NCBI GenBank assembly: GCA_002633005.1
Contig: NMRA01000096.1
Coordinates: 372,001-436,000 of the forward strand
Reading direction: 5' to 3'
DNA length: 64,000 nucleotides
Origin: Phoronis australis
Taxonomy: Eukaryota; Animalia; Phoronida
The notes under the pieces were generated by a model that saw nothing but the letters and a program-made list of their open reading frames with translations, had not been told where the DNA came from and did not search any database. Both the position numbers and the translations under genes were made by a program. The first letter of the stretch is position 1; the number at the start of each line of letters is the position of its first letter. Below, piece by piece: positions 1 through 14,600 of this stretch.

Positions 1-1437
1 TTTGCACATGCAATGCAGCTATAGGTTCTTTTTTGATGTTGAAAACAGTTTGCCCATTATACTATGTCAGTCACTGACCATTACAGAGTACCTTCACGGT
101 GTCTCAATATGATGGAACATGCATTAAATATGATGGTGTATTTAAACACTTCTGTCGCCATTACCAAGGTCTGGGAGGTTTTACTTGCATGTTGGAAAAG
201 TACATTCTTCAAATGAATGTATGTGGCACGCAAACACTTGTTTACTCTATTTACCATGGCAACCAATACACTACTGATTCCATAGATTGACTTGCTTGTT
301 ATTTGTTCAACTTATTTCAGGCTCATGCGGTGCACATGTGAAAACATTAAAACACCACCTCTCATAGAGCTTCATTTCCCGTTTTAGAGATGTTCCCTGG
401 TCCCTGCCCTAGCCAGACCAGAATTCACTCAATTAGTTTTTGTGGGGTTACTTAATAGCATATACATAGAGAACGTAGGTTCCACATTCACAGAGAGATT
501 GCAAGCATATCAGCTTACGAGGTAATGGCTGGCACGACAAATAATGCAAATGTGTGTTCACATGCTGGTGGCGTCCACATGACAAATGTTATTGTATTTT
601 CACAACAATTGGTGAGCAAAAGCTCCCAAATCATGCTCTACTACCAACAAGAAGCGTTTGCACACACCTCTTTTTCGAATTATTCTTATTAAAATGTGTC
701 TTGTAATTTTGAGACATCAGCTTATAGCAACCACCAACAAAACATTGTTCATAGACTTTGTTAGCTTACATAGTATATACAAATCTAAAAATCAAGATGA
801 CATAAATTAAAAAAGCTTCAGGTAACTGAACCAAAATGTTGGAATATATAAACAATATTGCACTTCACAGACAAATTAATCACTAAACGGAATGTTCAGT
901 CAAATCCTATTTGTCATGCAGAAATAAAAGCATTAAAATGACAAAAAATACATGAAATGACAAAAAATTACACATGATACAAGGTGTATTCATAAACTCA
1001 TCCAGCCTGTCAAATTTCATGGTGTCGGCATAGCAACTCACTGTGTAAGAGTAAAACTGGACATGTTCACTTAAAGCGATAGTTCAACCTATAATCAAAG
1101 AAGAGTGTGATACACGCACTGAAGTAAGCAAGAGAACTGTGCGTGGTTTGAAATAGTTTAAACAAGAGCACAGAGTTCATATAAATTGAGAATAAAATGA
1201 GCCATTTACACATTAATAGAACATCAAAAAAGGCAGTTTAAACGTAGTATTATTTCAGTAAAAGGATGTGCATGTTTAGCCACAAAAATAGCTACAAAAG
1301 AATGTTTTGGTAAATTATATTTTTCTAAGAAACCATTGAATTTACTTGGAGTGACCCAACAGCGACCTCTGTTGGAGCCATACTAACCCTAGACCATAGA
1401 GTGGTCGCATTACAGTTGGGTACAAAAGTCATTAGCT

Positions 1438-1790
1438 TAAAGATATATTTGCATGCTCCTAGCCATGCTAATGTATAACAGGAACTAAATGCCCATGCTA
1501 TTTGAACATCATCTACGCTAAGCAAAGCGCAGTTGTGTTCATTGACAACTTGTAAATGTGAAAACAAAAAATCTGCAAATAGATGACCTTTGCACTAATA
1601 ACATAACATGGGGGCTCACATAACCCGCATCATGCAGTGTTATTCCCCAACACCATGTCACGATGCTTACTTGACACGGTTGAGTGATATATGGCAGACA
1701 ATTTTCAACAAAAACTCGTCCTTAATAACATTTGGCAATTTTCAACCTAATTCGTATTCACATCGGCACTGTATTTTGTGTTTCTAACTA
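1438..1790 (+). repeat. Dispersed repeat with an inverted copy at about 25730-26075
   Basis: Clear by-eye alignment over more than 250 bp, for example CATGGGGGCTCACATAACCCGCATCATGCAGTGTTATTCCCCAACACCA. Confidence 0.75.
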
Positions 1791-2601
1791 ATTTGACAAA
1801 GCAATCACAGAGATAAAGGATTAGTGTGCAAGTTCCACTTTAAGCAACCATCTAGAGGTTTCAGTATCAATTTTAAGTGAAAACTTGAGAGCAATTGCAG
1901 CAAGAAATCACGCATGAAGCATAGGTGGACTTAGGGGAGCCTGCCCAGAGGCACAGCCAAAAAACCCGTCGGCATATCATTTTTAAAATTTATGCCATTT
2001 TTCTTAACAAATGTGTGAATAATTGGTTTTTGGCAAACCTGGTAAATGACTGGCATGCATGTAGTGATTGCAGACAATAGCTATCTAGACCACTTAATAA
2101 TGGGAAAAATCTTATCTTATTTTCAGGCCTGCTCTGTTGTCTAGGAGGCCAGGCAATTAGATAAAGTAGCAAGGGAATGAATTTTTTAGAATTCATGAAA
2201 TTAAAAATAAAAGATTGTCAAAATGGAACTGCACAAAAGGATTTGGTTGTTCAGTGAGAACATTACAAAATCGCATAAACTTGATGTTGTCTCCAAATTT
2301 TTTGACTACAGAACAATAGACATGAACAAAGTCAGTTTTGCCAATACAGTAGTGCCAGAAGGAGAAAATTTTTGAGGTGTTCCAGTATGACACTCGTGAT
2401 CCATGTCCACAGCCATCAGTTCACCCTCTATGGCACTCATGACCCAGGCCCATACCATTAGTTCCAACAAAGACTTTCCCCACAAAACCAACAAAAACTT
2501 CACCACACTGCAGTCACCACCATTTCCAGTAGGCCGACTGTGGGCCAACAATGCTGCACCGGTGATCACAATTTTCCGTACAGAGTTTAAGTAGTTGTGT
2601 A

Positions 2602-5600
2602 TTAGTGTTGTATAAGCGCGTCTTGCTCATGTGCATTACTGTCTACACTTGAGGTGGAGCCACCTATAGCATGTGTAGTTGAACAGTTAACATTCATATT
2701 CTTTTCAGCTGGGGCTGTCGGCTCTTCAGTCTCTGGAGGTAAAGTAGGAAGACACTCTGTGACAACCTATGGTGTAAAAAAGCAAAAACAACTGTTATGT
2801 AAATAAGTTAAAAATTGCATAATTCTCTTACAAAATGTCACTACTATACTACAAGAAATTTACTCGAGTGACTTTCTGCATTTAATTACCATAGTTCAAA
2901 CAAAAGAGTACAGCAAATTTGAAAGAAGGATGTTCTTATTTAGGGCTGTAAAATCTGTATGGGAGGGGGGAAGGCACTTTTTTTCGCACCCAACACCCAT
3001 ATTTTTCGTTTATATCTTCAGCCCACCACCTGTAATTTTTTATAAGTGTGAAATGCAACCACCCGTAATTTTTTTTGTCGTTCCTGCGGTTGATTGCACA
3101 GGCGCTTGAATTTATCTGTTCCTCGATCACCACTGACGTCATTCATTACTAAGAAAACACAGTTATGTTTCTTATACATGGTTATTAGCCATTGAGAAAT
3201 TCAAGCGCCTGTGGTTGACTGGTGTTATGGGCATGCCAATGGGGAGATTGGAGGGAGTGAAAAAGTCGGAGCTTTTTGCAAGTTGCGTTCTTATTTTAGT
3301 TATTGATTCTGTACAGATTATTCATAAAACTTACTGAAATTACCCACCATCAAACATTTAGGCCCAGTGAAACANNNNNNNNNNNNNNNNNNNNNNNNNN
3401 NNNNNNNNNNNNNNNNNNNNNNNNNNNNNNNNNNNNNNNNNNNNNNNNNNNNNNNNNNNNNNNNNNNNNNNNNNNNNNNNNNNNNNNNNNNNNGGCATTA
3501 CAGTTCATTTCCAGGAAGGAGAGTTTACTTACCACCTTGCCCTTCCAGAGTGACCTCAGTTCACCTCTGCATAATGCAGTCACAACAACTGTTAAAAGCG
3601 TGCAAGGCACAAGATACAGTAATGCTGGTTGGCCACTCTCCATTAAGAACAGGGCGACAAAGGTGATCACGAGACCTATGCCATAAGCTGCAATACACAA
3701 ACGAAACATGTTTAGCACAAGGGACTGTTCATAAACCCTGACATGGAGTTGATGTGTGACGCACAGGTGACTAGTGACATGATACATGCAGGCTACAGGG
3801 ACTCTTTCGGAAATGTTCATTTTACCAAAGTGACTGTACGTCCAAAAAGAAGGTCTTTCCCAAAGAAGTGGTGGACGCTTTTTCGCAAACTTGTATTGCC
3901 ACACGCAGTGCCCTCGTGGGCTTTCTAGACATGTTGTAAAAGAGACATTTCACTTTTTTGTAGCTAGGACACTCCCAACAATGCTTCTGTAGACAAATGA
4001 CTAACTATAATATTAAATATTTTAATGGTTCATATGGAAAAAATATTGCCATGTTGCACACACTTTTCACATGTACCATACATTCAAATGGGTCCTGAAA
4101 GAACCTCCACGGGGTTATTTTGAACCTCACGGGAAGCCTTTCACAAATCCCCAGTACCCCTTCGATTACTAAAACAATTTTATTGAAACAAGCAGACAAG
4201 TGAAACCCAGTTTCATTTATTTGCTACACCACACACTGACAACACTCGTTTCAACCTTTGTTACATTGACAGCAGAGTAAATAATCAAGCTGCAATTATC
4301 CAGAAGATTTCGCTGAATTCAGAATCACTTCATTGACACTTCCTCTGAATGCAGATCAGTAAGAGGCAGGACAACAGTTCAATATGTGCTTTGTAACTGG
4401 TGTGAATTTGTCTGTAACTGCTCAGTGGCTGTAACAATGTCTGGAAGCTAATCTGGGCCAAGGATCTAATCTTTGTAATCGAAACTGAATCCAAAATTAA
4501 TTTTGACAATTTCTATTCAACTTTTATGCATACTCAAGATAAGAGTCAATTATATTGTGCTCGAGTACACTATGGCCTACCTGGATGACTGTGTAATGCT
4601 GGCTTGCACTCGATGATCCCAGCATCAAATCTATAAGTTTAAGTCTGAACTTGAAATCTTGAGTTTTTACTCAAATTTGTAGCTCGAATCAAGGGGTCAT
4701 CAAGTGCGAACATGGATTACTCTGAACAGCATGAACCATGACATACTCGAACACACAGACTTATCTCAAGTTCACACAAATGCAGAAGGAAAATGTGAAG
4801 AATACAAAATTCAATTTTGAGTACAAAGACCATGTGTGATGCACAGGAAAAGCAATAAAATGCGTGACTTCACAGGTGACAGCTCAACTAATCTACAAGT
4901 TGTAATACAAACCTATTGAAGTAGTGACAAAGTACACTCGACCCCTGCTTCCAACAATGAGATCAAATGCGTGAACATACGATACCAGAAAACCTAAAAA
5001 AACATCAAGACATCAATATGAGTGACAACAAGATAAATACAACCATCCACTTGTTCCAATTATAGTGCACATTATATCAGCAAGTAAATTTGAAAATTTC
5101 CCCATTATTTTTAAATTAATACAAACTCAGTAAAACGCTCTTCTTGGTTAGAAAAATCGTCTCAGTGTTTTATGTCCTGCTACAGGTATTCAGCCAAGGT
5201 ATCCAGGACACAGTAACTCTAATAAATACACTCTGCAAACTCTTATCTATGATCCACTTTAAGTCGAAAAGTAAAAGTTGTTGACCACAGAGAAGCTTGG
5301 GTAAGACTGGGAGCAAAAACTGCTTTCAGTTGACACCATTTGACCATTTAACGTGCATGAATAACTCATGTAGCCAAAGGTATTAACCAATTGTACAGCA
5401 TGAGACTGCGACAATGTGCAAAGATTGAATATTTTTATTGCATGTCTGGCCCCACACAACAGCTTACAAGAATAACATATATCATGAAACTGGCACTTTG
5501 GTTTTCTTTTTTTGGCACCAATGTTTCTCAATGTTCAAAATATTTTGAGGCAGATGTCAGTTTAAAGTAACTTGATACAGAATAGAGGCTGCGCTACTTT

Positions 5601-8600
5601 TCCATTCATTTATTCCCCTCTGAGAAACTCAACACTAATTAATCTTTAAGCTCAAAAACTCAATACATTCACTCAGGGGAAACCAAGCAGTTAATCTCAC
5701 AAAATGAAAAGAACCATAGGACCTCAAATTTACAACTTTTGTGAACAACGTATTTTTCAATATAATTGTGACAGTTAAAAATTTCTATCCTCACACTACA
5801 CGTTTTTTAATCTCCAATAGATGGCAGCACTACTTACCTGGTACTAATACATCACCGTATCCTAACAGAGAAAACGGCAGGTCGCATAAATTAAGGTCAG
5901 AGTTGAACAAAATGTGAGGCACTTTAAACACCATCGGCAACTGAAAACAAAATCGTAAAAATAATCACAACAAATTTTCAAATTAGGCATGGGAACATTT
6001 TGATTTGCTATTCAAAAATTCTCTAAAAAGATATTCTTCTCAGAAACCAATAGTGACACTTCTGTATTTTGCACACAGCTGTAGTAATTTCAAGCTCTTA
6101 TACACAAGGCTGCAATTAAAAGTGATTGTTGTTGTGTTGATTTAACTTGCACTGAGGATCTCTTACTTATAGACATTTGGTTAAAACTAAAATTTGACAG
6201 GCAATGAATGCCTGTATAAAAAAAATCAAGGCAGTTGGTGATTGCAAACATAGAATCCCCAGGAAGCAATGAAAAACTTTAGATTTGCTTGTTCCCTTGA
6301 AGACAGATTTCTGGCACATGGGTAGACATAAAGATCAAAAAGTCACAAGCCCTTTCTAGGAACAAGCTACACGAGGGTTACCACATTTTCACACGAGCTG
6401 CATTCACAAGATGACCTCGTAAACCCAAGCTCCAGATGGGGTACTCAGGTTTTCAAGCCAGCAAAAAAATCGTTAGATGATGTCACGTATGCAAAAGCTT
6501 GTCTTACGGTTTCTCCAGTAGAACTTTTCCCACCAGTAGCGACATCTACCATCACGCTGTCTCCGTCCTAGCAACAAAAAATAGAACTGCAGGTACAAAC
6601 GAGTGGTCCGTAATTTATGTCAGAAAGGGGCAACATTTGAACTTCAAGAACACAACATCTTACGAAAAACCTTTTCCATCAATACACTGACTTGTACATC
6701 CCTTTCGGACATTATGACTGGGCAAGTCATGTTATAAAGCTTTCGGACATTATGGCTGGGCAAGTCATGTTATAAAGCTTTCGGACATTATGGCTGGGCA
6801 AGTCATGTTATAAAGCTTTCGGACATTATGTTATAAAGAGGACAAGAAAGCAATTACGTCCATGAACTATCAACATGTATATAAAAATAGCTATTTCTCA
6901 GCATTTGCCATAAAAGCAACCAAGCAATATCAAGCTCAATAACGCACTAAATCTCCGAGAACTCTAAAATCATGAATGCAGTTGTCTCAATAATAAATCT
7001 CTGTGTAACGTTCATTCCAGAAAATGTAATACATTAATTTAATATTAAGTAGTGACTGTCATTGGCAAATCAAACAAAAAGAAAGTCTACAAACATCACC
7101 AAAGCACTTGAGATTCAGGTCTTAGCAGACAAATATTGGACTTTAATGGAAATAACATGATCAATTCCAAACCAGTAAACTACTCAACAACATTCCTACA
7201 AGTGATTCCAACAGCATGTTGTGTGTTACAAATAGCATGGTTTGTGATCTGTTCCACAGGGAAAACTGTTTTCACTGTGAAACAGTTTCTGAGGTATAAC
7301 TACGAGTATGTACAACATTCCTGTGATTCTTTCACAAGACTTAAAAGTTGACTGTTAATGATCATGGGATCCCTCAGTGTAAATACCTTGTTAGGATTGT
7401 TGAAGGTTCAAATACTTCAACTCACCTTTGTGAACAATGGTGTGATGAAGACAAAGAAGATGTCATACACAAACAGCAGACCCAACATAATAACACAACC
7501 CTGCAAGGAAGAGAAACAAATTGCAATGACTATTTTGATGAAATCAAATTATTATCAATGGGGAGCATGAAAATTAGACAAGCAAATATAATTTTAACAA
7601 AAGCAATGCAAAGCGTTGAAATGTGCCCATGACCTCGCCTCAAACGGTATGCTTCTAGGGTAGGTTATTAGTATCATAAAAACCGCCACTAGATGGTGCA
7701 GAATACATCTAATCCCTCCGAAAATGGGAAGGCGTCGACATTCACCTAAAAGAGAAGTGTTTGCCAAATTCCATGAAAATCCATTAAGGAGCTCAAAAAT
7801 ACGGAAGCAAAGTTAACGTAAAAAATTAAATTGCCACTAGGGGGCCCAGAAGTAGTTGGATCCATCCAAAGCAACTCTTCATCTGTTGTGAAGTTCGTAA
7901 AAACACATTTGCCAAATTACACGAAGCACCAGCTAGGGATTTAAAAGAGAGAAGCGTTAATGCAAAAAATGGTCAGAAGGGGGTGCCCCAGTAGTCCAAA
8001 AATCAACGTCCGTTTTGCTCTTGTCAGTTGAAACACATAATGATCCTCTGGACTATTTGGTGGATACAGAAAGGGGCGACAAGACTAAAAATAATGGTCA
8101 CTAAGTGCCGAATGTGTAGAATCCATTCAAAAATAGAAAGTCGAGGTCGTCTCTACATGTATGTGTATATACATTTTGTATCCGAAGTTCTCCAAAAATG
8201 AAGATAAGATATTTTGTTATAGTTGGAATATTGCGAAAACGGACAATTTTTGTGCACAAAGTTTGAGATAGCCTTGACGCTAATACAAACTTATTAGGTC
8301 CCGATGGTTTATGCTTTCTCATTAATGAGAAACTACAAACTTTAAGATTGACCAGTCAAGAAGGACCAACAACAGTGGACTTGTGTACAGACACAAATTA
8401 CGAACATTAAGTCCTAAAACACAAGGGAGACCCAGGTTCAAATCCTGGCTTTAATGGTAACAATTGAGCATTGCAAAAAGGTGTCTCATACTCCTCTGAG
8501 CTAAGTCTTAATAAAGAATATATGCAAGGGAGTGACTGAGAACCTGAATATAATGCAAAAGTGATTTCTAGGGCTGCGCTCATATAAATAAAATCCCACA

Positions 8601-11600
8601 CTATTAGAAAACAAGCGTGGGAACACACACACACACACATAAACTTACCAAGAGATTTGGGACCCGGATTGTCTTTAACATATTTAAACTGAAGGCAAAG
8701 CCCAGTATGTTTTGAAGAATCCATGCATAACTGGAATAAATAAGTAAGTAAAAAATCATTACAAACACAGCTTAAACATTCCACAAAAAACAGACCTGAC
8801 AACGAGACTTCAAGGCACAAGCAGTTAAAAGTAGATTCCAGCTTAGTGAAACATTGTGGTACCTTAAGAAGCTGCCTCATGCAGTTTATAGGTTGTGCTT
8901 GAACTTGGATTTCCGCTTGATCTCAAAATCGTGAACTTGGAGTACCCGAGTGAATTTGCAAGTTTACTCAAATAATCACAACCACGTTGACAAAAAATTT
9001 GCTCTGCACTAAAGCAAATCACATATTAATGTAAATTTTGACCAACCTTTATTGGCTTTTTCAACTTTTGACGATCATACTCACCAAACAATAACTGATT
9101 AACCCTTCACATATTCCTCCAATTCTGTGACATAAGTTCCAGAAAAAAATGAGTGATCGTGGTGCCAATAACTACAAAAATTCTTTATATTCAATTATTA
9201 TAATGAAATAATACGCAATCTTGACATTAAGTGAACTTCCAAGTTCAAGCACAACACATAAATCAGGGAGAGTAAACAATGTCCGGTGACTTCAAATAAG
9301 TTGCTCAGTTATGGTAATTTCATCAACCAAAAACTAGCTTAAGTTACTTTAGTTAAGCCAAGAGTCATACTATTCCCTATCCTTTAAGGCAGAGGTGGAC
9401 TGCTAAAGGACTGAACTATCTGCCTCACTGTAAGGCTTAAACTGATTGACATATTAATTTGTAAGAAATGTGCTTGCTGCATGTTTCTCAGAAAAATTCT
9501 ATTAAACTGCAAGGAACTTTTGTAAAATGGCAGTCCCTAGGTGAGCAATTCCCACCTGAAAACTTCCTTTCTTGTCAAACATTTATAAACAGATGTGACG
9601 TCATGAAATGTCTTCATTACAGACATCAAATGAATGTCTTTCAAGATCTACAGTTCCAAAAAAGACCAATGTTTCACCTATTTAATATGAAGTCAAATTC
9701 CCACTAAGACATATTAAAGCAACATCTGAAACACACCCCTATTTTGTATGATATAAATTCATTATCATGATGTTGATTAACCATCATAAGTCCGCTATCA
9801 GTCTCATCACCATTCACAGAAAACCCGTTTTGATCATTTTTCATTGCTCAGTGACAAGAAATCATATAAATTGTCATGATCAATCATACACTTTGCAAGA
9901 AAATTACACCTATTGTTAATATGAATTCTTATCAACCATTAACATCGTATGATACCATTCACATGAAGTAATGGTTCCTATAAATTCATACAAAAAATCG
10001 CTTTATGATAAATTACGATCCTGCGTACATTAAGAAACAAAGACCAGTTCTTATCAATCTAGTTAACCTTTACGTGCAGTCCCAGACTGTCTCACAACAC
10101 CAGCGCAGTTCCTAACAAACCCAAAAGATCCCAAACCCACAGCTGTTACCTGGAATGCCGCTCTATTGCCCACCATACAGATATACCGATACAGAATAGA
10201 GCCAGAATGATTCGTCTGATCTCTGGACGATACTTCAAGAGTGGCAGATTGTTTCTAGGTATCCTGGAATATGAAAGCACGATTGACATCATTGCTTAGT
10301 CATGACTACCAAATTAGCAAGTGCTAGCCAAATATTGTGTTAGCAGAGCGTGAACAGGACACAGGCTTGTTTAACTTTATTAAAATTTAACACATTTAAG
10401 TGTTTATTATTTGTTCCACGTGTCATTTCTAAAAAGCAAAACAAAAAATCAACCACAAATCAAATAAAAAGCTGACCTTTCACAGAACAGTAATTTGTAA
10501 GTTCGGTTCAATTCAACTGTAACAACAGCCAAATCAGTTTTCATACAACTGGATACATACCTACAACCAACAAATGGAATACGCTTCACTACGACCACTA
10601 GGCAGGCGTACAGACCCATGGATGCAGCAAGGCAGAATATACCGATAATTGCGTACACTGAAAGGAAAAGAGACTCAAAGAAATTCAAAGGACAGAATGC
10701 ACAAACAATGAAGCTGGTATGCTGAACCAAGCTGAGATGTTATACGCAACAAATGCTAAAGCTGAAAATGTGTGTTCAACATATACGCTGCATTTAGGAT
10801 TGCTAACAAAGTCATGAAGATTCACTCAATTGCAATAAATATTTTATTTTGTCACGGAACTGTTTACCTCATTGTTTAAAGCAAATGGTGGCATTGCTAA
10901 CTTACGACACTACAGCACATTCAAGTATAATTCTAGGCGACATAATGCCATTGCCTATGGTGAAACAATCACTGGCATTGCTAACTTACGACACTACAGC
11001 ACATTTAAGTATAATTCTAGGCGAGATAATGCCATTGCCTGTGGTGAAACAATCACCAGACTAGTGTTGGACACCAAAAGGAAAACAGATAGCTTCCAGC
11101 AAGATTTCACAAATTGATTTAACCAATACATAAATTACTATGCCCCACTCTCCAGCTCTGCTCAACAATGGCAAGTCCATTACCGTTATTACAGAAATAA
11201 CAAGACCCCTACCCATTCCAACTTCGTTAATGTCAAACTCATGCTTCTACTTACCTAAGTAATCATAAAAGAAGAAAAGTGCCACTAGCATCCCACACAT
11301 CAATACAACAAAGATGACTATGTACTTGGGAGACACGTCCAGCGTTTCTTTCTCCTTTTCCTTTTGATCACCATCAGTGTCCGCTTGACCAGTCGACCGT
11401 TGGTTCTGATTGGTATTGCAGATATTTTGCTTTCTTTTCCACCTTTAACGCATAATCTCAAGGTCATTCAGTCAAAATTAAAGGGACATTATCATTTAGA
11501 GGTCAAAAAAACGCAATTTTAGGATTATTGTTGAACGGGATAGACTTTTTGAAGTTATTAGAGTTGACAAAACTGTAAAGCAATAAAAATTGTTGTTTTT

Positions 11601-14600
11601 GTTATTTTATTGCAAACTGACAATTTCTGCCATTGTTTGCCAGCCATTTGCTGAAATTGAGGCAAGTGGCTTTACCTGTTAAACACGCTTAAAATAACTC
11701 TGCCATCTATTGAGTGGGATCTAGGTCAGCTAGTAGTGCGTTGGATTGCAACATGAGAGTTTTAGGTTTGAAAAAGTGTTTCTCACTGATGATGTCACTC
11801 TAAGCATTGGTTTACAACGATATGTTTTAGTCACTTCGGTCAACCGTTCAAGATACAATAGCCCCGTTTCCATTGCTTGAAAACAGTAGAAAATTTGTTT
11901 ACATCTATTTAATTGACCAGTTTGCTCAATGAATGCCAAAGCTAGCCATCATTGCGAAATAATCAATTTTTGTGAAACTACTCGGTATCCATGCTTATGC
12001 ATCTAATTCAACATGGCTACTACAAGAAACAGGAATATATGGCAGCAATCAAGTATGAAAAACGAATTCCAAGTGATGTCTGTGTGAAGAAGTCAGAGCT
12101 TAATTGGTGAGAAACTATTGTTTTCCAGTTGACACAATCCCTTTACCACATGTTCATTAGAATACAACACTGACTGTGTAGTATTCAGAAGTAAGGTGAA
12201 CATTCCAACACTGAAGAACAAATTATCAGGCTTGCATGAAAATATTTGTGACGACCTAATGACTGAGGCAATGAGGCCTAGTAGGTTGAGTATGCGCCTC
12301 TTGTACAGAAGATCGTGGGTGAAAATCTCAATGCACTCTGACTATTGCTAGACCTTCGAGTCAGGTTTCTAGTTTCACAGCTCAACCAAACTCTGTGTAT
12401 ACATATTACATGCGTATGATATTAACCAATAAGTGGTTTCAGGTGTTTGGTGCAATGGGTCCATGTGAGTGGCCTGCGCATGCCCGATTCAATGTGTATC
12501 AGACCACCCGCACTATTCTTTTCTTAATGACAAAACAAGGTTATTGTTCATTTTCAGATAAAACTGGGAAAGAGTCAAGGAATTTGAAAATAACCTACTC
12601 CTCGAATTTCACAGTTCCTGACCAGTATGATCCAGACACGATGGTTACCATGGCAATCAACCAAATCAATATCAGATTATAATCCAGACGGTGGAATGCA
12701 GGAGCGTACATTTGAACAGTGACATTCTCTGGGCCCAGTGTCTGAAACAGAAAAGCAAAGCGAGCAACAACTGAGAAAAACGCACACTACTCCTCACACA
12801 CTGTGGGGGGCATCAAAGTGCATTATCTGGCAGAAAAGATTCCTTAAATTTCTTTAAGAGCAAAAGGTGTCTGGCACTTTTCCCTTTAAGTGAATGTGCT
12901 TGTGGTGTAATGGTTAGAGCAGTGAACTGGCAACCAAAAGGTCCCCGTTTTATACATCTGTGCTCGCTTTTTGTAGAATGCCGTAAAAGCTGAAGATGAC
13001 TGAAGAAATGACTGACTGAAACATTGTGTCAATGTAAATAGGCTAAAGGACCATGAAAATAGACCAATAGATTTTAGATACTGTTAATAACATTTGATTT
13101 CAGCCAAAGAGTAAACCGCATAATGAATAATGACTGTGTCAGTATTACAAAAGCAAAGCTTCCATGTTGCAAGCCAGTTGCTGATGCTAACTCGTGGCCA
13201 GCTGGCAAATCCGGTAATGATCAAAATCACTTAGTAAACTTTCCTGTTGTAGCTGCACGTCAAGATTACTTCAATGACACTATTACATACTCCCAAACTA
13301 TAAAAATGAATAGTGAGGATGAATTACATTCTCATTTCCTCAGTTTCTCTCAGGGCCCTAGTGGTCGTCATGGCAGCCATAGGGACGTCTAATTTTAAAA
13401 AATGGTGGCTTAGACAGCACTACCAAAAGAGAAGCAAGATGGCCTATTTCAAGAAAACCTTGGCGAAAACGATGAATTTTAACATTTCTGATTAAGAAAT
13501 TTCATTGAAATCTACAACTCCTAGTTTTAATTTGTTAAATAATTGGGATTACAGACTATTACCGTCCATTTTTACCATAAATATCACATTGATTATCAGC
13601 AAATGCTGGCAGCCATGTTTTTGGGGAAATACCTCCCTATCCTGTGATGTCAGGATGACCTCATGCTGAATACCGCATATGGTGAGTGTCAATCTCGTGA
13701 ATTTAGACCTCCACTTTTCAAAAACTAGACGAGTTCCTAGTTCCTATACCCTGAGTATGGTAATGCACTGAGGGTGCTTTCTTACCTGTATGTACTTATA
13801 GTCGCTGGAGGTAATCAAAGCTACAGTTATATTGATCTCGTTGTAATCTGACGTCTGATTGGCTGTGAAGCTAGGCTGTAAACAACAGACAAGGTATATT
13901 GCCTCCCGTTTTGAACAAAATCAAAATTGTGATTTTTTTCTATCTTCAAAGGTTTACTAGAATGCTGCAAATGGTCGGAATTCATTATGTATTTGGTTGC
14001 TTACTCCGTTGATAACTTTCACCACCTGTCTCGGACATAAATGTGTTAAAATGAAGAACACTTACAATTGGTAAAAATGTAATCTACGTGATACAAAAAG
14101 CTTTACCCAATGGAACAATGTACTACAGCAAAATGTGCAAACACATAGCTCTATACAGCAGCTATCTGTGGCTTCACCACAATGGTAAAAGTGAGCATGA
14201 CAAAGCAAAGGACATGAATGACAGCTTACCATTTTCTCCTCACTCACTACAATCAAAGCCTGGGCACCTGCTGCCTGGGCATTGAATGCTTTTTCTGAGA
14301 ATGTACAGTTGCCACGTTTGACCACAGCTACATAGCCCGTCACGTTAGCTTGGTCCGGCCAGTCTTCATCGCACCCAAATGATGGGGTCAGATCTCTCAG
14401 CCTCTCTGTAGCCTGACAAAATATCGAATTAGATCTTGTGAGCAAGCCTTCCATTAGTTGTACATAGTAATTTGGCAGCAACTATTCTTGAAAACATAAC
14501 TTATTGAAGACAAAGAAGTCTGTTCATCATCTTTTTAAGCCACATTGCAAATTATTCTTGTCTGATTTATGTCTTGCCTGAAGATGAGACATGGTCACTC

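Noticed and set aside
3303-3904. Long ORFs spanning N-runs (also near 17319-17779 and 56616-57126)
   Set aside because: Artefacts of translating assembly gaps and microsatellites. Only 3533-3687 is a real SPPL2 exon.
6702-6838. 38-bp direct repeats of CRISPR-like length
   Set aside because: The units are head-to-tail with no unique spacers, there are no cas genes, and the context is a eukaryotic intron. It is a minisatellite.
10066-10146. Intronic minus-strand frame after SPPL2 exon 8 reading [24 protein letters not shown], faintly like the next exon (WILQNILG...)
   Set aside because: It has an in-frame stop, there is no room for an intron before it, and the similarity is limited to a few residues. 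Probably chance.
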